A stretch of DNA of 64,000 bases from Balanoglossus misakiensis (taxonomy: Eukaryota; Animalia; Hemichordata), in the NCBI GenBank assembly GCA_040954595.2, contig CM082577.2, forward strand, positions 20,806,303 to 20,870,302, in the 5' to 3' direction. The position numbers were made by a program, and so were the translations under genes. This document shows, piece after piece, positions 1-12,200 of this stretch; the first letter of the stretch is position 1, and each line of letters starts with the position of its first letter. A model generated the notes under the pieces. The model saw only the letters and a list, made by a program, of their open reading frames with translations, searched no databases and had not been told where the DNA came from.

Positions 1-45
1 CCACAAAATATTATCCTTCAGGCTACTCTTTAATGGAAACGTTGG

Positions 46-53
46 AAAAAAAA
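46..53 (-). terminator. Pol III oligo-T terminator of 5S gene (representative)
   Basis: A run of about 5-8 T lies 2-4 nt after the 5S 3' end in the units read (GGCTT-CA-TTTTTTTT here). Confidence 0.9.
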
Positions 54-55
54 TG

Positions 56-175
56 AAGCCTACAGCACGTAGTATTCCCAGGCGGTCTCCCATCCAAGTA
101 CTAACTACGCCCAACGCAGGTTTGCTTCGGTGATCAGACGAGAACCGGCTTTTTCTACGTGGTATGGCCGTAGGC
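56..175 (-). rRNA. 5S rRNA (first copy, representative of block A)
   Basis: Minus strand reads GCCTACGGCCATACCACGTAG...GATCACCGAAG...AGTACTTGGATGGGAGACCGCCTGGGAATAC...GTAGGCTT, 120 nt. Helix I (GCCTAC/GTAGGC), helix II (ACGTAG/CTGCGT) and helix V (GCGTAG/CTACGT) pair; box C is intact. Confidence 0.98.
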
Positions 176-199
176 GAAAGATGGTTGAATTTCTCCTAC

Positions 200-205
200 T
201 ATAAA
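200..205 (-). promoter_or_regulatory. TATA-like element at -30 to -25 of 5S gene (representative)
   Basis: TTTATA on the minus strand 25-30 nt upstream of +1, conserved across the units read; this is the known position for metazoan 5S upstream elements. Confidence 0.65.
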
Positions 206-3200
206 CCTGAATCCTACACCATTGAACACAGAGTCCGACTTGGCTAATTTTTGTGGGTAACCGATCGACCTTCCATAGCTTATAAGGAAAGTGGGATAAA
301 AAGATATGGTTTGTTTTGTTCTGCAAAAAGTGGTTTTAGAATTCAGGCACTTTCAGAAAAGGAAGAAACGGACACTTGCCACAAAATATTATCCTTCAGG
401 CTACTCTTTAATGGAAACGTTGGAAAAAATGAAGCCTACAGCACGTAGTATTCCCAGGCGGTCTCCCATCCAAGTACTAACTACGCCCAACGCAGGTTTG
501 CTTCGGTGATCAGACGAGAACCGGCTTTTTCTACGTGGTATGGCCGTAGGCGAAAGATGGTTGAACTTCTCCTACTATAAACCTGAATCCTACACCATTG
601 AACACATAGTCCGACTTGGCTAATTTTTGTGGGTAACCGATCGACCTTCCATAGCTTATAAGGCAAGTGGGATAAAAAGATATGGTTTGTTTTGTTCTGC
701 AAAAAGTGGTTTTAGAATTCAGGCACTTTCAGAAAAGGAAGAAACGGACACTTGCCACAAAATATTATCCTTCAGGCTACTCTTTAATGGAAACGTTGGA
801 AAAAATGAAGCCTACAGCACGTAGTATTCCCAGGCGGTCTCCCATCCAAGTACTAACTACGCCCAACGCAGGTTTGCTTCGGTGATCAGACGACAACCGG
901 CTTTTTCTACGTGGTATGGCCGTAGGCGAAAGATGGTTGAATTTCTCCTACTATAAACCTGAATCCTACACCATTGAACACATAGTCCGACTTGGCTAAT
1001 TTTTGTGGGTAACCGATCGACCTTCCATAGCTTATAAGGCAAGTGGGATAAAAAGATATGGTTTGTTTTGTTCTGCAAAAAGTGGTTTTAGAATTCAGGC
1101 ACTTTCAGAAAAGGAAGAAACGGACACTTGCCACAAAATATTATCCTTCAGGCTACTCTTTAATGGAAACGTTGGAAAAAAAATGAAGCCTACAGCACGT
1201 AGTATTCCCAGGCGGTCTCCCATCCAAGTACTAACTACGCCCAACGCAGGTTTGCTTCGGTGATCAGACGAGAACCGGCTTTTTCTACGTGGTATGGCCG
1301 TAGGCGAAAGATGGTTGAATTTCTCCTACTATAAACCTGAATCCTACACCATTGAACACATAGTCCGACTTGGCTAATTTTTGTGGGTAACCGATCGACC
1401 TTCCATAGCTTATAAGGCAAGTGGGATAAAAAGATATGGTTTGTTTTGTTCTGCAAAAAGTGGTTTTAGAATTCAGGCACTTTCAGAAAAGGAAGAAACG
1501 GACACTTGCCACAAAATATTATCCTTCAGGCTACTCTTTAATGGAAACGTTGGAAAAAAAATGAAGCCTACAGCACGTAGTATTCCCAGGCGGTCTCCCA
1601 TCCAAGTACTAACTACGCCCAACGCAGGTTTGCTTCGGTGATCAGACGAGAACCGGCTTTTTCTACGTGGTATGGCCGTAGGCGAAGGATGGTTGAATTT
1701 CTCCTACTATAAACCTGAATCCTACACCATTGAACACATAGTCCGACTTGGCTAATTTTTGTGGGTAACCGATCGACCTTCCATAGCTTCTAAGGCAAGT
1801 GGGATAAAAAGATATGGGTTGTTTTGTTCTGCAAAAAGTGGTTTTAGAATTCAGGCACTTTCAGAAAAGGAAGAAACGGACACTTGCCACAAAATATTAT
1901 CCTTCAGGCTACTCTTTAATGGAAACGTTGGAAAAAAAATGAAGCCTACAGCACGTAGTATTCCCAGGCGGTCTCCCATCCAAGTACTAACTACGCCCAA
2001 CGCAGGTTTGCTTCGGTGATCAGACGAGAACCGGCTTTTTCTACGTGGTATGGCCGTAGGCGAAAGATGGTTGAATTTCTCCTACTATAAACCTGAATCC
2101 TACACCATTGAACACAGAGTCCGACTTGGCTAATTTTTGTGGGTAACCGATCGACCTTCCATAGCTTATAAGGAAAGTGGGATAAAAAGATATGGTTTGT
2201 TTTGTTCTGCAAAAAGTGGTTTTAGAATTCAGGCACTTTCAGAAAAGGAAGAAACGGACACTTGCCACAAAATATTATCCTTCAGGCTACTCTTTAATGG
2301 AAACGTTGGAAAAAATGAAGCCTACAGCACGTAGTATTCCCAGGCGGTCTCCCATCCAAGTACTAACTACGCCCAACGCAGGTTTGCTTCGGTGATCAGA
2401 CGAGAACCGGCTTTTTCTACGTGGTATGGCCGTAGGCGAAAGATGGTTGAATTTCTCCTACTATAAACCTGAATCCTACACCATTAAACACATAGTCCGA
2501 CTTGGCTAATTATTGTGGGTAACCGATCGACCTTCCATAGCTTATAAGGCAAGTGGGATAAAAAGATATGGTTTGTTTTGTTCTGCAAAAAGTGGTTTTA
2601 GAATTCAGGCACTTTCAGAAAAGGAAGAAACGGACACTTGCCACAAAATATTATCCTTCAGGCTACTCTTTAATGGAAACGTTGGAAAAAATGAAGCCTA
2701 CAGCACGTAGTATTCCCAGGCGGTCTCCCATCCAAGTACTAACTACGCCCAACGCAGGTTTGCTTCGGTGATCAGACGACAACCGGCTTTTTCTACGTGG
2801 TATGGCCGTAGGCGAAAGATGGTTGAATTTCTCCTACTATAAACCTGAATCCTACACCATTGAACACATAGTCCGACTTGGCTAATTTTTGTGGGTAACC
2901 GATCGACCTTCCATAGCTTATAAGGCAAGTGGGATAAAAAGATATGGTTTGTTTTGTTCTGCAAAAAGTGGTTTTAGAATTCAGGCACTTTCAGAAAAGG
3001 AAGAAACGGACACTTGCCACAAAATATTATCCTTCAGGCTACTCTTTAATGGAAACGTTGGAAAAAAAATGAAGCCTACAGCACGTAGTATTCCCAGGCG
3101 GTCTCCCATCCAAGTACTAACTACGCCCAACGCAGGTTTGCTTCGGTGATCAGACGAGAACCGGCTTTTTCTACGTGGTATGGCCGTAGGCGAAAGATGG

Positions 3201-6200
3201 TTGAATTTCTCCTACTATAAACCTGAATCCTACACCATTGAACACATAGTCCGACTTGGCTAATTTTTGTGGGTAACCGATCGACCTTCCATAGCTTATA
3301 AGGCAAGTGGGATAAAAAGATATGGTTTGTTTTGTTCTGCAAAAAGTGGTTTTAGAATTCAGGCACTTTCAGAAAAGGAAGAAACGGACACTTGCCACAA
3401 AATATTATCCTTCAGGCTACTCTTTAATGGAAACGTTGGAAAAAAAATGAAGCCTACAGCACGTAGTATTCCCAGGCGGTCTCCCATCCAAGAACTAACT
3501 ACGCCCAACGCAGGTTTGCTTCGGTGATCAGACGAGAACCGGCTTTTTCTACGTGGTATGGCCGTAGGCGAAGGATGGTTGAATTTCTCCTACTATAAAC
3601 CTGAATCCTACACCATTGAACACATAGTCCGACTTGGCTAATTTTTGTGGGTAACCGATCGACCTTCCATAGCTTATAAGGCAAGTGGGATAAAAAGATA
3701 TGGTTTGTTTTGTTTTGCAAAAGTGGTTTTAAAATTCAGACACTTGCAGAAAGAGGAAGAAACCGACACTTGCGACAAAATATTATCCTTCAGGCTACTC
3801 TTTAATGGAAACGTTGGAAAAAATGAAGCCTACAGCACGTAGTATTCCCAGGCGGTCTCCCATCCAAGTACTAACTACGCCCAACGCAGGTTTGCTTCGG
3901 TGATCAGACGAGAACCGGCTTTTTCTACGTGGTATGGCCGTAGGCGAAAGATGGTTGAATGTCTCCTACTATAAACCTGAATCCTACACCATTGAACACA
4001 TAGTCCGACTTGGCTAATTTTTGTGGGTAACCGATCGACCTTCCATAGCTTATAAGGCAAGTGGGATAAAAAGATATGGTTTGTTTTGTTCTGCAAAAAG
4101 TGGTTTTAGAATTCAGGCACTTTCAGAAAAGGAAGAAACGGACACTTGCCACAAAATATTATCCTTCAGGCTACTCTTTAATGGAAACGTTGGAAAAACA
4201 TGAAGCCTACAGCACGTAGTATTCCCAGGCGGTCTCCCATCCAAGTACTAACTACGCCCAACGCAGGTTTGCTTCGGTGATCAGACGAGAACCGGCTTTT
4301 TCTACATGGTATGGCCGTAGGCGAAAGATGGTTGAATTTCTCCTACTATAAACCTGAATCCTACACCATTGAACACATAGTCCGACTTGGCTAATTTTTG
4401 TGGGTAACCGATCGACCTTCCATAGCTTATAAGGCAAGTGGGATAAAAAGATATGGTTTGTTTTGTTCTGCAAAAAGTGGTTTTAGAATTCAGGCACTTT
4501 CAGAAAAGGAAGAAACGGACACTTGCCACAAAATATTATCCTTCAGGCTACTCTTTAATGGAAACGTTGGAAAAAATGAAGCCTACAGCACGTAGTATTC
4601 CCAGGCGGTCTCCCATCCAAGTACTAACTACGCCCAACGCAGGTTTGCTTCGGTGATCAGACGAGAACCGGCTTTTTCTACGTGGTATGGCCGTAAGCGA
4701 AAGATGGTTGAATTTCTTCTACTATAAACCTGAATCCTACACCATTGAACACATAGTCCGACTTGGCTAATTTTTGTGGGTAACCGATCGACCTTCCATA
4801 GCTTATAAGGCAAGTGGGATAAAAAGATATGGTTTGTTTTGTTCTGCAAAAAGTGGTTTTAGAATTCAGGCACTTTCAGAAAAGGAAGAAACGGACACTT
4901 GCCACAAAATATTATCCTTCAGGCTACTCTTTAATGGAAACGTTGGAAAAAAAATGAAGCCTACAGCACGTAGTATTCCCAGGCGGTCTCCCATCCAAGT
5001 ACTAACTACGCCCAACGCAGGTTTGCTTCGGTGATCAGACGAGAACCGGCTTTTTCTACGTGGTATGGCCGTAGGCGAAAGATGGTTGAATTTCTCCTAC
5101 TATAAACCTGAATCCTACACCATTGAACACATAGTCCGACTTGGCTAATTTTTGTGGGTAACCGATCGACCTTCCATAGCTTATAAGGCAAGTGGGATAA
5201 AAAGATATGGTTTGTTTTGTTCTGCAAAAAGTGGTTTTAGAATTCAGGCACTTTCAGAAAAGGAAGAAACGGACACTTGCCACAAAATATTATCCTTCAG
5301 GCTACTCTTTAATGGAAACGTTGGAAAAAAAATGAAGCCTACAGCACGTAGTATTCCCAGGCGGTCTCCCATCCAAGTACTAACTACGCCCAACGCAGGT
5401 TTGCTTCGGTGATCAGACGAGAACCGGCTTTTTCTACGTGGTATGGCCGTAGGCGAAAGATGGTTGAATTTCTTCTACTATAAACCTGAATCCTACACCA
5501 TTGAACACATAGTCCGACTTGGCTAATTTTTGTGGGTAACCGATCGTCCTTCCATAGCTTATAAGGCAAGTGGGATAAAAAGATATGGTTTGTTTTGTTC
5601 TGCAAAAAGTGGTTTTAGAATTCAGGCACTTTCAGAAAAGGAAGAAACGGACACTTGCCACAAAATATTATCCTTCAGGCTACTCTTTAATGGAAACGTT
5701 GGAAAAAAAATGAAGCCTACAGCACGTAGTATTCCCAGGCGGTCTACCATCCAAGTACTAACTACGCCCAACGCAAGTTTGCTTCGGTGATCAGACGAGA
5801 ACCGGCTTTTTCTACGTGGTATGGCCGTAGGCGAAAGATGGTTGAATTTCTCCTACTATAAACCTGAATCCTACACCATTGAACACATAGTCCGACTTGG
5901 CTAATTTTTGTGGGTAACCGATCGACCTTCCATAGCTTATAAGGCAAGTGGGATAAAAAGATATGGTTTGTTTTGTTCTGCAAAAAGTGGTTTTAGAATT
6001 CAGGCACTTTCAGAAAAGGAAGAAACGGACACTTGCCACAAAATATTATCCTTCAGGCTACTCTTTAATGGAAACGTTGGAAAAAAATGAAGCCTACAGC
6101 ACGTAGTATTCCCAGGCGGTCTCCCATCCAAGTACTAACTATACGCCCAACGCAGGTTTGCTTCGGTGATCAGACGAGAACCGGCCTTTTCTACGTGGTA

Positions 6201-9200
6201 TGGCCGTAGGCGAAAGATGGTTGAATTTCTCCTACTATAAACCTGAATCCTACACCATTGAACACATAGTCCGACCTGGCTAATTTTTGTGGGTAACCGA
6301 TCGACCTTCCATAGCTTATAAGGCAAGTAGGATAAAAAAAATATGGTTTGTTTTGTTTTGCAAAAGTGGTTTTAAAATTCAGACACTTGCAGAAAGAGGA
6401 AGAAACGGACACTTGCGACAAAATATTACCCTTCAGGCTACTCTTTAATGGAAACGTTGGAAAAAATGAAGCCTACAGCACGTAGTATTCCCAGGCGGTC
6501 TCCCATCCAAGTACTAACTACGCCCAACGCAGGTTTGCTTCGGTGATCAGACGAGAACCGGCTTTTTCTACGTGGTATGGCCGTAGGCGAAAGATAGTTG
6601 AATTTCTCCTACTATAAACCTGAATCCTACACCATTGAACACATAGTCCGACTTGGCTAATTTTTGTGGGTAACCGATCGACCTTCCATAGCTTATAAGG
6701 CAAGTGGGATAAAAAGATATGGTTTGTTTTGTTCTGCAAAAAGTGGTTTTAGAATTCAGGCACTTTCAGAAAAGGAAGAAACGGACACTTGCCACAAAAT
6801 ATTATCCTTCAGGCTACTCTTTAATGGAAACGTTGGAAAAAAAATGAAGCCTGCAGCACGTAGTATTCCCAGGCGGTCTCCCATCCAAGTACTAACTACG
6901 CCCAACGCAGGTTTGCTTCGGTGATCAGACGAGAACCGGCTTTTTCTACGTGGTATGGCCGTAGGCGAAAGATGGTTGAATTTCTCCTACTATAAACCTG
7001 AATCCTACACCATTGAACACATAGTCCGACTTGGCTAATTTTTGTGGGTAACCGATCGACCTTCCATAGCTTATAAGGCAAGTGGGATAAAAAGATATGG
7101 TTTGTTTTGTTCTGCAAAAAGTGGTTTTAGAATTCAGGCACTTTCAGAAAAGGAAGAAACGGACACTTGCCACAAAATATTATCCTTCAGGCTACTCTTT
7201 AATGGAAACGTTGGAAAAAATGAAGCCTACAGCACGTAGTATTCCCCGGCGGTCTCCCATCCAAGTACTAACTACGCCCAACGCAGGTTTGCTTCGGTGA
7301 TCAGACGAGAACCGGCTTTTTCTACGTGGTATGGCCGTAGGCGAAATATGGTTGAATTTCTCCTACTATAAACCTGAATCCTACACCATTGAACACATAG
7401 TCCGACTTGGCTAATTTTTGTGGGTAACCGATCGACCTTCCATAGCTTATAAGGCAAGTAGGATCAAAAATATGGTTTGTTTTGTTTTGCAAAAGTGGTT
7501 TTAAAATTCAGACACTTGCAGAAAGAGGAAGAAACGGACACTTGCGACAAAATATTATCCTTCAGGCTACTCTTTAATGGAAACGTTGGAAAAAATGAAG
7601 CCTACAGCACGTAGTATTCCCAGGCGGTCTCCCATCCAAGTACTAACTATACGCCCAACGCAGGTTTGCTTCGGTGATCAGACGAGAACCGGCCTTTTCT
7701 ACGTGGTATGGCCGTAGGCGAAAGATGGTTGAATTTCTCCTACTATAAACCTGAATCCTACACCATTGAACACATAGTCCGACCTGGCTAATTTTTGTGG
7801 GTAACCGATCGACCTTCCATAGCTTATAAGGCAAGTAGGATCAAAAAATACGGTTTGTTTTGTTTTGCAAAAAGTCATTTTAAAATTCAGACACTTGCAG
7901 AAAGAGGAAGAAACGGACACTTGCCACAAAATATTATCCTTCAGGCTACTCTTTAATGGAAACGTTGGAAAAAATTGAAGCCTACAGCACGTAGTATTCC
8001 CAGGCGGTCTCCCATCCAAGTACTAACTACGCCCAACGCAGGTTTGCTTCGGTGATCAGACGAGAACCGGCTTTTTCTACGTGGTATGGCCGTAGGAGAA
8101 ATATGGTTGAATTTCTCCTACTATAAACCTGAATCCTACACCATTGAACACATAGTCCGACTTGGCTAATTTTTGTGGGTAACCGATTGACCTTCCATAG
8201 CTTATAAGGCAAGTGGAATAAAAAGATAAGGTTTGTTTTGTTCTGCAAAAAGTGGTTTTAGAATTCAGGCACTTTCAGAAAGAGGAAGAAACGGACACTT
8301 GCGACAAAAAATTATCCTTCAGGCTACTCTTTAATGGAAACGTTGGAAAAAAATTGAAGCCTACAGCACGTAGTATTCCCAGGCGGTCTCCCATCCAAGT
8401 ACTAACTACGCCCAACGCAGGTTTGCTTCGGTGATCAGACGAGAACCGGCTTTTTCTACGTGGTATGGCCGTAGGCGAAATATGGTTGAATTTCTCCTAC
8501 TATAAACCTGAATCCTACACCATTGAACACATAGTCCGACTTGGCTAATTTTTGTGGGTAACCGATCGACCTTCCATAGCTTATAAGGCAAGTAGGATAA
8601 AAAAATATGGTTTGTTTTGTCTTGCAAAAAGTGGTTTTAAAATTCAGACACTTGCAGAAAGAGGAAGAAACGGACACTTGCGACAAAATATTATCCTTCA
8701 GGCTACTCTTTAATGGAAACGTTGGAAAAAATTGAAGACTACAGCACGTAGTATTCCCAGGCGGTCTCCCATCCAAGTACTAACTACGCCCAACGCAGGT
8801 TTGCTTCGGTGATCAGACGAGAACAGGCTTTTTCTACGTGGTATGGTCGTAGGCGAAAGATGGTTGAATTTCTCCTACTATAAACTTGAATCCTACACCA
8901 TTGAACACATAGTCCGACTTGGCTAATTTTTGTGGGTAACCGATCGACCTTCCATAGCTTATAAGGCAAGTAGGATAAAAAAATACGGTTTGTTTTGTTT
9001 TGCAAAAAGTGATTTTAAAATTCAGACACTTGCAGAAAGAGGAAGAAACGGACACTTGCGACAAAATATTATCCTTCAGGCTACTCTTTAATGGAAACGT
9101 TGGAAAAAATTGAAGCCTACAGCACGTAGTATTTCCAGGCGGTCTCCCATCCAAGTACTAACTACGCCCAACGCAGGTTTGCTTCGGTGATCAGACGAGA

Positions 9201-12200
9201 ACCGGCTTTTTCTACGTGGTATGGCCGTAGGCGAAATATGGTTGAATTTCTCCTACTATAAACCTCAATCCTACACCATTGAACACATAGTCCGACTTGG
9301 CTAATTTTTGTGGGTAACCGATCGACCTTCCATAGCTTATAAGGCAAGTAGGATAAAAAAATATGGTTTGTTTTGTTTTGCAAAAAGTGGTTTTAAAATT
9401 CAGACACTTGCAGAAAAGGAAGAAACGGACACTTGCGACAAAATATTATCCTTCAGGCTACTCTTTAATGGAAACGTTGGAAAAAATTGAAGCCTACAGC
9501 ATGTAGTATTCCCAGGCGGTCTCCCATCCAAGTACTAACTACGCCCAACGCAGGTTTGCTTCGGTGATCAGACGAGAACCGGCTTTTTCTACGTGGTATG
9601 GCCGTAGGCGAAAGATGGTTGAATTTCTCCTGCTATAAACCTGAATCCTACACCATTGAACACATAGTCCGACTTGGCTAATTTTTGTGGGTAACCGATC
9701 GACCTTCCATAGCTTATAAGGCAAGTGGGATAAAAAGATATGGTTTGTTTTGTTCTGCAAAAAGTGGTTTTAGAATTCAGGCACTTTCAGAAAAGGAAGA
9801 AACGGACACTTGCCACAAAATATTATCCTTCAGGCTACTCATTAATGGAAACGTTGGAAAAAAATGAAGCCTACAGCACGTAGTATTCCCAGGCGGTCTC
9901 CCATCCGAGTACTAATTACGCCCAACGCAGGTTTGCTTCGGTGATCAGACGAGAACCGGCTTTTTCTACGTGGTATGGCCGTAGGCGAAAGATGGTTGAA
10001 TTTCTCCTACTATAAATCTGAATCCTACACCATTGAACACATAGTCCGACTTGGCTAATTTTTGTGGGTAACCGATCGACCTTCCATAGCTTATAAGGCA
10101 AGTAGGATCAAAAAATACGGTTTGTTTTGTTTTGCAAAAAGTCATTTTAAAATTCAGACACTTGCAGAAAGAGGAAGAAACGGACACTTGCCACAAAATA
10201 TTATCCTTCAGGCTACTCTTTAATGGAAACGTTGGAAAAAATTGAAGCCTACAGCACGTAGTATTCCCAGGCGGTCTCCCATCCAAGTACTAACTACGCC
10301 CAACGCAGGTTTGCTTCGGTGATCAGACGAGAACCGGCTTTTTCTACGTGGTATGGCCGTAGGAGAAATATGGTTGAATTTCTCCTACTATAAACCTGAA
10401 TCCTACACCATTGAACACATAGTCCGACTTGGCTAATTTTTGTGGGTAACCGATCGACCTTCCATAGCTTATAAGGCAAGTAGGATAAAAAAATATGGTT
10501 TGTTTTGTCTTGCAAAAAGTGGTTTTAAAATTCAGACACTTGCAGAAAGAGGAAGAAACGGACACTTGCGACAAAATATTATCCTTCAGGCTACTCTTTA
10601 ATGGAAACGTTGGAAAAAATTGAAGACTACAGCACGTAGTATTCCCAGGTGGTCTCCCATCCAAGTACTAACTACGCCCAACGCAGGTTTGCTTCGGTGA
10701 TCAGACGAGAACAGGCTTTTTCTACGTGGTATGGCCGTAGGCGAAAGATAGTTGAATTTCTCCTACTATAAACTTGAATCCTACACCATTGAACACATAG
10801 TCCGACTTGGCTAATTTTTGTGGGTAACCGATCGACCTTCCATAGCTTATAAGGCAAGTAGGATAAAAAAATACGGTTTGTTTTGTTTTGCAAAAAGTGA
10901 TTTTAAAATTCAGACACTTGCAGAAAGAGGAAGAAACGGACACTTGCGACAAAATATTATCCTTCAGGCTACTCTTTAATGGAAACGTTGGAAAAAATTG
11001 AAGCCTACAGCACGTAGTATTTCCAGGCGGTCTCCCATCCAAGTACTAACTACGCCCAACGCAGGTTTGCTTCGGTGATCAGACGAGAACCGGCTTTTTC
11101 TACGTGGTATGGCCGTAGGCGAAATATGGTTGAATTTCTCCTACTATAAACCTCAATCCTACACCATTGAACACATAGTCCGACTTGGCTAATTATTGTG
11201 GGTAACCGATCGACCTTCCATAGCTTATAAGGCAAGTGGGATAAAAAAAAATATGGTTTGTTTTGTTTTGCAAAAAGTGGTTTTAGAATTCAGGCACTTT
11301 CAGAAAAGGAAGAAACGGACACTTGCGACAAAATATTATCCTTCAGGCTACTCTTTAATGGAAACGTTGGAAAAAATGAAGCCTACAGCACGTAGTATTC
11401 CTAGGCGGTCTCCCATCGAAGTACTAACTACGCCCAACGCAGGTTTGCTTCGGTGATCAGACGAGAACCGGCTTTTTCTACGTGGTATGGCCGTAGGCGA
11501 AAGATGGTTGAATTTCTCCTACTATAAACCGGAATCCTACACCATTGAACACATAGTCCGACTTGGCTAATTTTTGTGGGTAACCGATCGACCTTCCATA
11601 GCTTATAAGGCAAGTAGGATAAAAAGATATGGTTTGTTTTGTTCTGCAAAAAGTGGTTTTAGAATTCAGGCACTTTCAGAAAAGGAAGAAACGGACACAA
11701 AATATTATCCTTCAGGCTACTCTTTAAAAAATGAAGCCTACAGCACGTAGTATTCCCAGGCGGTCTCCCATCCAAGTACTAACTACGCCCAACGCAGGTT
11801 TGCTTCGGTGATCAGACGAGAACCGGCTTTTTCTACGTGGTATGGCCGTAGGCGAAAGACGGTTGAATTTCTCCTACTATAAACCTGAATCCTACACCAT
11901 TGAACACATAGTCCGACTTGGCTAATTTTTGTGGGTAACCGATCGACCTTCAATAGCTTATAAGGCAAGTAGGATAAAACAAAATATGGTTTGTTTTGTT
12001 TTGCAAAAAGTGGTTTTAAAATTCTGACACTTGCAGAAAGAGGAAGAAACGGACACTTGCGACAAAATATTATCCTTCAGGCTACTCTTTAATGGAAACG
12101 TGGGAAAAAATTGAAGACTACAGCACGTAGTATTCCCAGGCGGTCTCCCATCCAAGTACTAACTACGCCCAACGCAGGTTTGCTTCGGTGATCAGACGAG

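Noticed and set aside
240-265. Sm-site-like AATTTTTG in the spacer, suggesting a linked SL RNA or snRNA
   Set aside because: The donor-like GGTAA lies after rather than before it, no flanking stem-loops are evident, and many units mutate it to AATTATTG.
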